Shown: one piece after another, positions 1 through 9,964 of the stretch
How positions within the stretch are numbered: the stretch's first letter is position 1
How the letters are laid out: each line of letters opens with the position of its first letter
From: an uncultured Gammaproteobacteria bacterium
GTDB lineage: Bacteria; Patescibacteriota; Patescibacteriia; 2-12-FULL-60-25
Length of the DNA stretch: 64,000 nt
Assembly: GCA_964596245.1 (NCBI GenBank)
Contig: CAZQSK010000005.1
Span: 42-64,041, forward strand
Direction of reading: 5' to 3'
The notes under the pieces: generated by a model
Database searches by the model: none
What the model saw: only the letters and a program-made list of their open reading frames with translations
Told to the model about the DNA's origin: nothing
Translations under genes and position numbers: made by a program

Positions 1-2
1 GT

Positions 3-3000
3 TTGGCGACGGGAACCAACTGTGCGGCGACGGCTGGTGCGCAAACGCTCGCACAAGTAACAGCGCTTGGCGCAACGGCAACAACCACGGTGTCCCTGTT
101 TGGAGGACTTGTGAGTGCAAGCACTACCGTGACGAGTACGTTCACGGTGCTTGGTGATACTTCGTTGCAGAATGTTGTCGCTGCGAACGCTACGTTCACG
201 AGTGTGAGCACCACGAATGTCTATGCCTCCGGTGTTGTCTCAACCACCCAGCTCTTCGTGAACGGACGCACCGTTTGTCTGAGCACCGGCACGAATTGTC
301 CTGCATATCTCTTGATCGAGTCCGACACCCTCGCGACTGTCACGGGTCGCGGGGCTTCGACGACACTCACGCTTGGCCTCTTCGGCGGCTTTGTCGCAGC
401 CTCATCGACAGTAACGAGTACGTTTACTGTTCTCGGCAGCACTTCGCTTCAAAACACAACAGCAACGACTCTTTTTTCTCCACTCGCTTCTTTCACAGCA
501 GCGACGGCGACGGCATTTGCATCAACATTTGCGTCATCCTCGCAGCTCTATGTAGCCGGTCAGCTTGTGTGTCTTGCGAACGGCACGAACTGTACCGCTT
601 CAGGCTCCGGAACTTCGACGAACTTCTGGGTCTGGAATGGCACGATCGACTTGTTGCGCATGATGACAAGCACGACCGACCTCGTGCTCGGCAGTCAGGT
701 CACGACGACTGGAGCAACTGCGTACTTTGACCTGTCCGGTGCCACAAAGGGAACTTCTACTATTTACTTTGGGCACGGGACCAACACGAACGTCGTGATC
801 GGCGGTACATCAACGACGCAAACAGGAACATTGAGCAACTTCCTGTTGGATGGAAACGATTTATTTGTACGTGGCAATATCGGGTCAGTCACTTCGGTAT
901 ATACCAACGCGGCATTCGTAGCAGGCGATGGCATTAACTTCCTTGATTACAACGGACAAACAATTGGCGTCGGTCCTACCTATTATCAAAATGGATTGAT
1001 CCGACAAAACGGTACCCTGTTTATCGTCGCGGATGCAGACGAGGCGAATGCGGTTGGAGGAAACATTTATCTCAACGCCGGAAATGGAAAGGAAACACTC
1101 CCGAACGCGGGTGCTATTCAGTTTACCGCTGGAACAGCTGGATTTGGCGGAGCGGGCGGCGGTATCTATATCTTGGGCGGACAAAGCGCGACAACAAGCG
1201 CCAGCAACGGTGGCGAAGTGCAGGTAATTGGAGGAACCGGCGACTCTAACGGTGGCGCGGGTGATCTGATTTTGGCCGGTGGTGAAGCATCTTCCGGTCT
1301 TGCAGGAGATGTAAATATTCGAGGCGGTGTATCAGCCGTAGATAACCGTTCCGGCTCGATCTATCTCAGACCCGGTACGACGGACAATGTCTCGGCAACA
1401 AGTGCTTCAGCGACGTTCGTTTTGATTGAATCAAGCGCGGATCATGATGGCGCGCCTCCTTCATTACGATTCCAAGAACTTACCTCGATCGGCACCAACT
1501 ACGTTGGATTCCGTGCGGCGACGAGTATCACAGGAAACACCATCTGGACCTTGCCTGATACATCTGGCGTCTCCGGATCTGCCATGATCCTTGATACGAG
1601 CAATCGTCTTTCTTTCCAGACAGTTTGTCTTGCAAGTGGAGTCAATTGTCCTGCAGGAATAGGCACGCCGTCCTTGGCTCAAGTGACGAATATTGGAGCA
1701 TCTGCCACAAATACATTACAGCTCTTTGCTGGCTTCCTTTCTTCGTCGTCTACCGTGACGAGTACGTTCACGGTGCTTGGGAATACGTCTCTTCAAAACG
1801 CGAGTGCAACGACCCTCTTCTCACCGCTCGCTTCTTTCACGGCAGCGACCGCAACCACATTCGCGGCCGGATCGGCTTCAACTTCACAACTCCGCGTCGC
1901 GGGTCAGCTCGTGTGTCTTGCGAATGGCACCAACTGTACGGCGAGTGGCTCCGGCACTTCGACAAACTTCTGGGTCTGGAATGGCACAAGCGACTATCTC
2001 CGCATGATGACAAGTACGACCGACCTCGTGCTCGGTGCTCAGGCGACTACAACCGGCGCTACGGCATATTTTGACTTAGCGGGCGCGACTCGCGGCTCTT
2101 CAACGGTATTCTTTGGTTTTGGGACAAGTACCGATGTGGTAATCGGTGGTACGAGCACGACGGAAATCTATCTGCACGAATTCTTTAATCTGAATGGAAG
2201 CGGTTTGTTCGTAAACCAAAATATCGGAAGCGCTTCGAGCGTCTATTCGAACGGAGCATTCGTAGCAGCCGGCCAGATGTTCTCAGGCGTAGAAACGTAT
2301 TACGGCAATGGCTTCATTGGTCGAAGAGAGGGTGCGCTTGATATCACAACAACCGGTATTTCGGTGCAACCAAGCATCAACATCTTGGCCGGACCGCGAG
2401 CTTCGGGCTCGGGAGGCGACATCACCCTCCGAGCAGGAAATGGAAATGGCGGTTCCCCGGGAGGAAACATCTATCTCACCCCTGGCGATTCCCTTGGTCA
2501 GCCAGGACATATCTACATCACGCCGACAAGCACATCGAATCAGCCCGAGCTTCGCTTTGTATCCATCGGTGGCGGTCAGGTCGGTCTTTCTGCCCCAAAT
2601 ACCGCTGCCATTGCTGCCTTTGTCCTTCCGTCTGTATCTGGCGCATCCAATACGGTGATGGCGACCAATGGGTCAGGCGGATTGTCCTTCATCAGCGTTT
2701 GTTTGACGGATGGAACCAGCTGTCCGGCGTCAGCGAGCAACGACACACTCGCTACCGTAACTGCACGCGGAGCAACCGCTACTTCAACCGTGCGTCTGTA
2801 TGGAGGATTGACGAGTGCCAGCACAACCGTGACTTCAACCCTCACCGTATTGGGCGGGACCTCGCTGCAAACCGCAACAGCAACCAATCTTTATGTGACG
2901 GGTAGCGCATCAACCACCGCCTTGACTGTCTCATACGGTACAACCGGTACTCCAGCCATCCGCTTCAGCGGTGATGAAAACACGGGCTTCGTCCGAAGCG

Positions 3001-6000
3001 CGACTGACACAATTGGAATTGTTACCTCATCTACTATTAATACGGTCTTCGGAGAGGGTGGGGTGACGACAACAAATATCGCGGCAACGAACGGTGCGAT
3101 TTTCAATGTTTCCACCACCGTCCTCACCGTCACTGGTCAGCTCGTCTGTTTGGCCAACGGCACGAACTGTCCGGCAGGAACTGGAACGCCGACATTGGCC
3201 CAAGTTACGAACCAAGGCGCTTCAGCGACTAACACGCTTCAACTCTTTGCCGGCTTCCTCTCATCGTCTTCCACGGTGACATCAACCTTCACGGTCCTTG
3301 GAAACACCTCACTCCAGAACGTGACGGGTGCAAATGCGACGTTTACCAATGCGACGACGACGAATCTCTTTAGTTCGGCTGCGAGCTTCACAAACGCAAC
3401 AGCCACGACGCTCGCCGCGTCCTACACATCAACCTCTCAACTCTATGTCGCCGGCCAACTCGTCTGTCTCGCGAACGGTACCAACTGTGTCGCCAACGGT
3501 GGTTCCGGTACCTCTACGAACCATTGGGTCTGGAATGGCACGATCGATTTGTTGCGCATGATGACGAGCACGACTGACCTCGTTCTTGGAAGCCAGGTCA
3601 CGACAACCGGAGCAGCTGCATACTTTGACCTGTCTGGTGGTACCAAGGGCACGTCAACTATCTATCTTGGCCACGGTACAAACACCAACGTGGTGATTGG
3701 TGGTACATCAACCACAAATACGGGATTGAATAGCCTGTTCGTCATGAATGGAAATGATCTGTTCGTGAATGGCAACATCGGCTCAGTCTCATCCGTCTAT
3801 ACGAACGGTGCATTTGTGGCCGGTCCTGGATCTACTCATTATGGAAATGGCTTCATCACCAAGAATGATGCGGGACCTCTCGCGCTTTCGTCCGTCAGCG
3901 GCACGACTCTGAATACCTCGCTTGAAGGAGCGTATAACGCCACGTCACCCCTAACTCTCGAGGCAACGATCCCGGCTTCTGACGACCCGCGCTTTGTCAG
4001 AATCCAGGGCGACTACGCCTACATCGTGAACTCGGGAACGGTTCCGACCCAGCTCCAAATTGTTGATATTTCAAATCCGAGGACGCCTTCAACGACTGCC
4101 CAGCTGTGGTTGCCTGGTTCATCCGAGTGGAATGATATCGATGTGAGCGGCAACTACGTCTATTACACCGACTACGGCGGAGGCAACTTCAACGTGATCG
4201 ATGTCAGCAGCCCTGATAGGCCCTTCATCGTATCGACGAGCACGCTCACCCCTTCGGCGATCGGTGGCGTGCGCGTGAGCGGCAATTACGCGTATCTTAG
4301 CAGCTACTCAGCGGGTGAAATAATGGTGTTAGACATCTCGAATCGAGCAAATCCGGTCCAGATCGCCACCGTCGGTGGAGCGAGCGCGATCTGGCACATG
4401 GATATTCAAGGGGATTATCTCTACTCCATGGTGTGGAGTGGAAGCACGCTCTACGTACACGACATTTCAGATCCGAAGAATCCGCTCTTGCTTTCGTCAA
4501 GAACTCTCTCCGCCACGATTGGATCTTATTCGCGAATCGAAGTTGAGGGGGGCTATGCCTATATTTTCTCATCCAACGGAGACAACCTCGCCATCGTTGA
4601 TGTTCATGATCCGGTGAATCCAAAGGAGATGTACGCAGCCACAGTCGCAGGCGTGACGAGCTTCCGTGACTTCTCGGTAAATGGTCGATATCTCTATGGT
4701 GTTGAAAACGCAAACCCGGCGATTCTCCATGTGATCGACGTTCAAGATAGAAACAATCCGATTCTTGTCCGCTCCTTCCCGGTCGCGGGACACATTTCTG
4801 CATCCGGTATCGATGTGTCAGGACGTCACGCGGTTGTTTTGGACGGGGGCGGCGACCAACTCAGTGTGGTAGAACTCGGCGGCATTGAGGCGACATCGCT
4901 TCTTGCTCACAGTGCAGAGCTTGGACAGCTTAATGTGACCGGACGCGCGTCATTCCAGAACACACTGTCGGTTCTTTCGAGCATCTCTGTCGGGGCGGGC
5001 GGGCTGCAGAGCGTTGGATCTCTTTCTGTGTATGCAAGTAATACCACCTCCACCTTCCTTGGAGCCGTCTCTACGTCGCGACTGATAGTGAATGGTCGAT
5101 CCGTATGTCTCTCGAGTGGGACGAACTGTCCCACGACGGAAACGCTCGCGACCGTGACTGCGCGTGGAGCAACCGCTACTTCAACCGTTCGCTTCTATGG
5201 AGGATTGACGAGCGCTAGTACGACCGTGACTTCAACGTTCACGGTACTTGGAGGAACATCGCTGCAATTCGTGACCGCCACGAACGTCACAACAACGAAC
5301 ATCTCGGCATCTGGAACAGTCTCTTCAACAAGATTCTCAGCGAGCATCGGCACAGTGGCCGCGCCTGCGTTCAGCTTCGCTGGAAGCGGTGACGCAGATA
5401 CCGGCTTTGCACAGACCCTCGGCGCCGGCACGCTCAGCTTCGTGCTCGATGGAGCCGTGGGCTCATACTTCACCTATACAGGCTCTGGTGCAAACGGTCT
5501 GCTACGTGTTGGAGATGGTGCGAGCAATTTGCCGTCATACTCCTTCATGAACGATACCGATACCGGTCTTGCATCGTCCGGTACTAATAAGTTGGCGCTT
5601 ATCGCCGGCGGCGTGAAGACCCTTGAAATTGGTCCCAATGGCGCGACAACGACGAACGTCACCAGCACAAACCTCTTCGTCTCAGGTGTGGTCTCGACCA
5701 CCAGCCTATTCGTGAACGGTTTCCAGGCGTGTCTCTCGAACGGCTCCAACTGTCCCGCCTCCTCCGCATCGCTTCAGACGGCATATGACACAGGCCGCAC
5801 CGTCACTACGACCGCTTCCTCAACTCCGATTCTGGTTCGCGTCCCGATGAATGCCCTTGATGCGGGACTTGGTACCGCTGTCATTGGCACAAGTAGTAAT
5901 AACGGTGTGACGCTTGGTCGTGCCAATATCAACACGGAAACGAGCTTTGTCGCATTTGGAGAGGTGAACAACATTCTTGGCGCTTCAAGTGCGCTCGCAT

Positions 6001-9000
6001 TCTATGACCATACGAATTATGCCTTTGCGATCAAACTATTTGGTCAGGGAGGCATCGCAAATGATCAAGCAACCTTCTCATTGAACGATCTTGATCGTAC
6101 GGGCTCGGCAGATAGTGCAGCCGCCGGCTTTGATAACCAGTCCTCCAACTCATCCACGGCTGTTCTTACGCTTCGTGGGGGATCGAACAGAATGGTTCAG
6201 CATGTAGGCAACGGCTCGCCTGAAGGGAGTATATACGCCGCCCGTGGGAGTATCTTCTTTAATGCGGGAACGGCGGCGACAGGCACCCAGGCCTACCTGA
6301 AGACGAATAGCAATGGGGTGAATGGCTGGATTGGCATTGCCACGACGGACATGACACAGCAGGCCCTCGCACAGGTGACGGCTTTGGGTAGCTCAGCTAC
6401 GGCGACATTGAACCTCTATGGTGGATTTGTGGCGGCGTCATCAACCGTGACGAGCACGTTCACGGTGGTTGGATTAACCACGCTTGGCAATGTGACTGCG
6501 ACGAATGTGACGTCGAGCAACCTCAAACTCGGTGACAAGCTGCGCTTCACAGGCACGGCCATTGATGCGGACAGCATTGATGCGAGCACAGGCAACTTTG
6601 ATGTGAATGCGACTGCGGGTAAGATCAACCTTTCCGCAAGTGATTCGATGACCTTGGATTCTACGGCAAGCACGATTAGCATAAGCGCGAATGGATTGGT
6701 GAGCATCTCATCTAACACAAGCGGCGTCACCCTTAATCCTGCCGACGGCTCCGTCATTACGCTTGGCAGCAGCGCGGACTTCATCAGCTTCGGTGGCCAG
6801 GTAAACTCGAGCATCATCCCATCGTCAGATCTGCTGTTCAGCCTGGGCTCAGCTTCGCTTCGCTGGAACGGCTACTTTGGAAACGTAACCGCGACCAACG
6901 TCACGACGACAAACTTCTTTGCTACGAATGCTTCAACGACAAACCTTATAGCAGGAACCGTGACGACATCCGAACTCATTCTTGAGCAAGCCGATCTTGT
7001 CGAGGTCGGGTCTTTCACTCCTGCAAGTACTACTCAACAAATTGCTTATAGCGGCCGCTATGCATACGTAAGTACTGGCGGAGGATTCATCGAGGTCATC
7101 GATGTTGCTGATCCAACTCGTCCGACTTCTACGACGCGTATTCCTACTACTGCCACCGTCGGTATCACCCGTATCCAAGTGGTTGGGAAATACCTGTACG
7201 TTGGTACTCGTACGCCTGACCAGTTGCGTGTCTACGACATCTCTAAACCGAATGCACCGATCCTCATTCGGGTGCACCCAATCAGCAACGGAACTGGTGA
7301 TGAAGGCCTCGAAATCTCAGGTCGGTATGCTTACGTCCTTGGCATTCAACATTTTAATGTCATCGATATCGGCAATGCCACCAGCCCGCTAGGCTCAGCT
7401 GTCGCCAACTTCGCGACTGGTACGTCGCTGGGCGCGCTTCAGGTCGAAGGTAACTACGCCTATATCGGACATGCCGCAGGCATGACCATTCTTGATATTT
7501 CGAATCCGACCTCACCAAGCACGACTGGCTACTTCCAAGGCGGGTCAATTACCGAACTCGAAATCAACGGACGCTATGCATACTTGGCCGATGGAACCGG
7601 ATCCCTTATCCGTATCGTAGACCTCAAAGATCCGACCCTTCCGACTCAAGTCGGCTCAATCTCTACCGGTTCTGCGCCGAGCAGCCTCCGTCTAGCTGGA
7701 AAATATCTGTATGTAGGTGAAGCAACGGGCATATTCGGCATCCAAGTATTCGATGTCTCAAGCTCGACCAACCCGATCCTCAAAAAAAGCTTTACAACCG
7801 GTAACGTGACGGTGGATCTTGCCGTGAACGGCCGCTACCTCTATACCGCTCAGCAAACTAACGGGTTCCGTGTGATCGATACACAGGGCATAGATTCTCC
7901 ATCAGCAAATATCGGAAGCTTAAATGTAGGCGCCTTGAGCGTGGATATGGATGCAGTGCTAGGTCACTCACTCAATGTTCGTGGAAGCGTGAGCATCGGC
8001 AGCGGCCTACTCTCAAATGGCCCCATCGGTGTCTTCGCTTCAAGCTCTAACCCTGCCGCTTCTTTCGTGAATGCCACCGGCTCAGCCAGCTCATGGGGCG
8101 CCTACGCAAACCGATTGCTCGTAGGCAACAGCCCAAGCGCCACGGGAACCGCCAACTGGAATATGGTGCTTTCCTACACGACAAGCGCTAGTAACGGCGG
8201 CCTGTGTATCGACGATACAAACACGGCAAACACTTGTCCGTCCGCCGCTGGCGGAGCGAGCATCGCGGCCGATGGACCGATCACGGCCGATCGTTTCGAC
8301 TTGGCAGAAATGTATTCCATGTCCGGTGCGGCGGAAGCGGGGGACTTGCTGATGCTTGATTCGGCGGCAAGCTCGACTGTCAAAATCTCGGACGGCACGC
8401 CGTACAACTCACGCGTGATCGGTATCGTTTCCAGCGCTCCGGGTTTCATTCTCGGCTGGAGTGGCGATGTACAGGTTGCGCTCACTGGTCGCGTTCCTGC
8501 CAAGGCCGCGATGACCAATGGCGTGATCCGCGTTGGTGATGCCCTCGTCTCATCAAACATCCCGGGCTACGTCATGAAGGCAACGAAGCCGGGCACCATC
8601 GTCGGTTACGCTCTCGGAGACCTGAATGCAACGGGCACGGTCGAAACATTCGTGTCTGTCGGTTATTGGGCCGGCAATGTTCTGACAACCGATGGCACTG
8701 ACACACGCATCCAAGACAACTTGGTCATCGCTCCGACCTCTACCGCGACCGCTCTGAATCCGTTCGTAGATTCCTATGGCATCACCTTCCGCGGTAGCAG
8801 CTGGGATGCGAGCTCAACCTCGGCCGTAAATCGCGACTTCACCTTGCTTACGGATATCGTCTCTGCGACCACGTCATTCTTGAGCGCGCGCAGCGCCTCG
8901 GGCACGAATCTCTTTACCCTGGACGAAGCCGGTACCTTGCGCCTCACTGGTGACGTGGCGCTCATGGGCCGTATCTATCCGTCGGCGCGCGGCAGCTTCC

Positions 9001-9950
9001 AGGACGACTTCTACATCTATGTCGATGACAGCTCATCGACGAGCCAATACATCTCGACGAATGCTGATGGTTGGCAGGCTCAAACTAGCTACGACTTGGC
9101 TGAACGTTATTACTCAAATACCAAACTCGAAGCCGGTGATCTTGTGATGGCGAGCCGCGAGGGTAGCCTGGGCATTGAAAAGGCGAGTGGCGCGGCAACC
9201 ATTCTCGGCGTTGTCTCAACCAAGCCGGGTTTCTTGCTTGGACGCAATGCCAGCAACACCTATCCGATCGCCCTCGCCGGTCGCGTACCGACCAAGGTCT
9301 CGAACGAAAACGGCGAAATCAAGATCGGTGATCAACTCGGACTCTCCTCGACGCCGGGCGTGGCCGCCAAGGCCGTGGCTCCTGGCCCGACCTTCGGTGT
9401 GGCGCTTGAAGATTATTCCGGCGGAACAGCTGGCACGATCGAAGTCTTCATCAAGTCGGGCGTTATTCTCGGCCCGGCCGCAGAGCCGGTGCTAACGCTC
9501 ACCGCTCCATCAACCAACGAACATGAATATGAACGCAGCGGCTTGGCATTAATCGAAGCGGGCCTGAAGCGCGTACACGTCTCCTACCAAAGCATTGGCG
9601 CCTGGCCGAAGGTGCTCGTCACGCCGCAAGGCGAAGCCGAAGGCGGCTGGTGGACGGAAAACTACAGCGACCTCGGCTTTGACATCATCTTGAAACAGGA
9701 GCAGACGCATGATGTGACCTTCTCATGGGAAGTGAAGCCCGTGTCCGACGGGGACCAAATCTTCCGCTCGGACGGACAATACGGACTCCTAAATCCAACC
9801 ACCGGACAACCCGCGGCAGGGTGGAGCACAGAAGAGGAGCCTGAACCGGAAGCTCCAAGCTCGACCGAGCCGATGGTCGAAACTCCGGAAGCTCCAAGCT
9901 CGACCGAGCCGATCGTAGAGACAGTAACATCAACCAGTACATCGGAATAA
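3..9950 (+). CDS. giant secreted/surface repeat protein (5' end cut by window edge): Thr-rich stalk repeats, two LVIVD-type beta-propeller blocks, duplicated C-terminal module
   Basis: One uninterrupted ORF runs from the window edge to TAA 9948-9950. The translation is Thr/Ser/Gly/Ala-rich with recurring 'LAQVT..GA.AT....GG....S.TVTSTFTVLG.TSLQN' and 'G..VCL..G.NCP' units. LVIVD-like blades ('G.YAY(I/V)...(L/F).(I/V)(V/I)D(I/V)S.P..P') occur at nt ~3980-4890 and ~7010-7890. A 'DLAE.Y...EAGDL(V/L)...G(I/V)VS..PGF.LG...AL.GRVP.K' module occurs twice (~8290-8670 and ~9090-9470). Confidence 0.9.
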   Translation: MATGTNCAATAGAQTLAQVTALGATATTTVSLFGGLVSASTTVTSTFTVLGDTSLQNVVAANATFTSVSTTNVYASGVVSTTQLFVNGRTVCLSTGTNCPAYLLIESDTLATVTGRGASTTLTLGLFGGFVAASSTVTSTFTVLGSTSLQNTTATTLFSPLASFTAATATAFASTFASSSQLYVAGQLVCLANGTNCTASGSGTSTNFWVWNGTIDLLRMMTSTTDLVLGSQVTTTGATAYFDLSGATKGTSTIYFGHGTNTNVVIGGTSTTQTGTLSNFLLDGNDLFVRGNIGSVTSVYTNAAFVAGDGINFLDYNGQTIGVGPTYYQNGLIRQNGTLFIVADADEANAVGGNIYLNAGNGKETLPNAGAIQFTAGTAGFGGAGGGIYILGGQSATTSASNGGEVQVIGGTGDSNGGAGDLILAGGEASSGLAGDVNIRGGVSAVDNRSGSIYLRPGTTDNVSATSASATFVLIESSADHDGAPPSLRFQELTSIGTNYVGFRAATSITGNTIWTLPDTSGVSGSAMILDTSNRLSFQTVCLASGVNCPAGIGTPSLAQVTNIGASATNTLQLFAGFLSSSSTVTSTFTVLGNTSLQNASATTLFSPLASFTAATATTFAAGSASTSQLRVAGQLVCLANGTNCTASGSGTSTNFWVWNGTSDYLRMMTSTTDLVLGAQATTTGATAYFDLAGATRGSSTVFFGFGTSTDVVIGGTSTTEIYLHEFFNLNGSGLFVNQNIGSASSVYSNGAFVAAGQMFSGVETYYGNGFIGRREGALDITTTGISVQPSINILAGPRASGSGGDITLRAGNGNGGSPGGNIYLTPGDSLGQPGHIYITPTSTSNQPELRFVSIGGGQVGLSAPNTAAIAAFVLPSVSGASNTVMATNGSGGLSFISVCLTDGTSCPASASNDTLATVTARGATATSTVRLYGGLTSASTTVTSTLTVLGGTSLQTATATNLYVTGSASTTALTVSYGTTGTPAIRFSGDENTGFVRSATDTIGIVTSSTINTVFGEGGVTTTNIAATNGAIFNVSTTVLTVTGQLVCLANGTNCPAGTGTPTLAQVTNQGASATNTLQLFAGFLSSSSTVTSTFTVLGNTSLQNVTGANATFTNATTTNLFSSAASFTNATATTLAASYTSTSQLYVAGQLVCLANGTNCVANGGSGTSTNHWVWNGTIDLLRMMTSTTDLVLGSQVTTTGAAAYFDLSGGTKGTSTIYLGHGTNTNVVIGGTSTTNTGLNSLFVMNGNDLFVNGNIGSVSSVYTNGAFVAGPGSTHYGNGFITKNDAGPLALSSVSGTTLNTSLEGAYNATSPLTLEATIPASDDPRFVRIQGDYAYIVNSGTVPTQLQIVDISNPRTPSTTAQLWLPGSSEWNDIDVSGNYVYYTDYGGGNFNVIDVSSPDRPFIVSTSTLTPSAIGGVRVSGNYAYLSSYSAGEIMVLDISNRANPVQIATVGGASAIWHMDIQGDYLYSMVWSGSTLYVHDISDPKNPLLLSSRTLSATIGSYSRIEVEGGYAYIFSSNGDNLAIVDVHDPVNPKEMYAATVAGVTSFRDFSVNGRYLYGVENANPAILHVIDVQDRNNPILVRSFPVAGHISASGIDVSGRHAVVLDGGGDQLSVVELGGIEATSLLAHSAELGQLNVTGRASFQNTLSVLSSISVGAGGLQSVGSLSVYASNTTSTFLGAVSTSRLIVNGRSVCLSSGTNCPTTETLATVTARGATATSTVRFYGGLTSASTTVTSTFTVLGGTSLQFVTATNVTTTNISASGTVSSTRFSASIGTVAAPAFSFAGSGDADTGFAQTLGAGTLSFVLDGAVGSYFTYTGSGANGLLRVGDGASNLPSYSFMNDTDTGLASSGTNKLALIAGGVKTLEIGPNGATTTNVTSTNLFVSGVVSTTSLFVNGFQACLSNGSNCPASSASLQTAYDTGRTVTTTASSTPILVRVPMNALDAGLGTAVIGTSSNNGVTLGRANINTETSFVAFGEVNNILGASSALAFYDHTNYAFAIKLFGQGGIANDQATFSLNDLDRTGSADSAAAGFDNQSSNSSTAVLTLRGGSNRMVQHVGNGSPEGSIYAARGSIFFNAGTAATGTQAYLKTNSNGVNGWIGIATTDMTQQALAQVTALGSSATATLNLYGGFVAASSTVTSTFTVVGLTTLGNVTATNVTSSNLKLGDKLRFTGTAIDADSIDASTGNFDVNATAGKINLSASDSMTLDSTASTISISANGLVSISSNTSGVTLNPADGSVITLGSSADFISFGGQVNSSIIPSSDLLFSLGSASLRWNGYFGNVTATNVTTTNFFATNASTTNLIAGTVTTSELILEQADLVEVGSFTPASTTQQIAYSGRYAYVSTGGGFIEVIDVADPTRPTSTTRIPTTATVGITRIQVVGKYLYVGTRTPDQLRVYDISKPNAPILIRVHPISNGTGDEGLEISGRYAYVLGIQHFNVIDIGNATSPLGSAVANFATGTSLGALQVEGNYAYIGHAAGMTILDISNPTSPSTTGYFQGGSITELEINGRYAYLADGTGSLIRIVDLKDPTLPTQVGSISTGSAPSSLRLAGKYLYVGEATGIFGIQVFDVSSSTNPILKKSFTTGNVTVDLAVNGRYLYTAQQTNGFRVIDTQGIDSPSANIGSLNVGALSVDMDAVLGHSLNVRGSVSIGSGLLSNGPIGVFASSSNPAASFVNATGSASSWGAYANRLLVGNSPSATGTANWNMVLSYTTSASNGGLCIDDTNTANTCPSAAGGASIAADGPITADRFDLAEMYSMSGAAEAGDLLMLDSAASSTVKISDGTPYNSRVIGIVSSAPGFILGWSGDVQVALTGRVPAKAAMTNGVIRVGDALVSSNIPGYVMKATKPGTIVGYALGDLNATGTVETFVSVGYWAGNVLTTDGTDTRIQDNLVIAPTSTATALNPFVDSYGITFRGSSWDASSTSAVNRDFTLLTDIVSATTSFLSARSASGTNLFTLDEAGTLRLTGDVALMGRIYPSARGSFQDDFYIYVDDSSSTSQYISTNADGWQAQTSYDLAERYYSNTKLEAGDLVMASREGSLGIEKASGAATILGVVSTKPGFLLGRNASNTYPIALAGRVPTKVSNENGEIKIGDQLGLSSTPGVAAKAVAPGPTFGVALEDYSGGTAGTIEVFIKSGVILGPAAEPVLTLTAPSTNEHEYERSGLALIEAGLKRVHVSYQSIGAWPKVLVTPQGEAEGGWWTENYSDLGFDIILKQEQTHDVTFSWEVKPVSDGDQIFRSDGQYGLLNPTTGQPAAGWSTEEEPEPEAPSSTEPMVETPEAPSSTEPIVETVTSTSTSE
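327..830 (+). repeat. intragenic ~0.5-kb repeat, copy 1 of 3 (within giant gene)
   Basis: Encodes 'TLATVTGRGAS...QLVCLANGTNCTASGSGTSTNFWVWNGTIDLLRMMTSTTDLVLGSQVTTTGATAYFDL...NVVIGGTSTTQTG'. It aligns by eye to copies 2 and 3 at both protein and nucleotide level. Confidence 0.85.
1671..2165 (+). repeat. intragenic ~0.5-kb repeat, copy 2 of 3
   Basis: Encodes 'SLAQVTNIGASATNTLQLFAGFLSSSSTVTSTFTVLGNTSLQN...QLVCLANGTNCTASGSGTSTNFWVWNGTSDYLRMMTSTTDLVLGAQ...DVVIGGTSTTE'. Confidence 0.85.
3192..3725 (+). repeat. intragenic ~0.5-kb repeat, copy 3 of 3
   Basis: Encodes 'TLAQVTNQGASATNTLQLFAGFLSSSSTVTSTFTVLGNTSLQN...QLVCLANGTNCVANGGSGTSTNHWVWNGTIDLLRMMTSTTDLVLGSQ...NVVIGGTSTTNTG'. Confidence 0.85.
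9846..9923 (+). repeat. 2 x 39-nt tandem repeat at the 3' end of the giant gene (PEAPSSTEP(M/I)VET x2)
   Basis: 'ccggaagctccaagctcgaccgagccgat' is repeated exactly with a 39-nt period, starting at 9846 and 9885. Confidence 0.9.
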
Positions 9951-9964
9951 AAAAAGCCCACGCG

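Noticed and set aside
327-3725. Diversity-generating retroelement (template/variable repeat) or retron explanation for the repeats in the giant gene
   Set aside because: No reverse transcriptase (YxDD) ORF occurs anywhere in the window. Differences between the repeat copies are spread over all four bases and are not adenine-specific.
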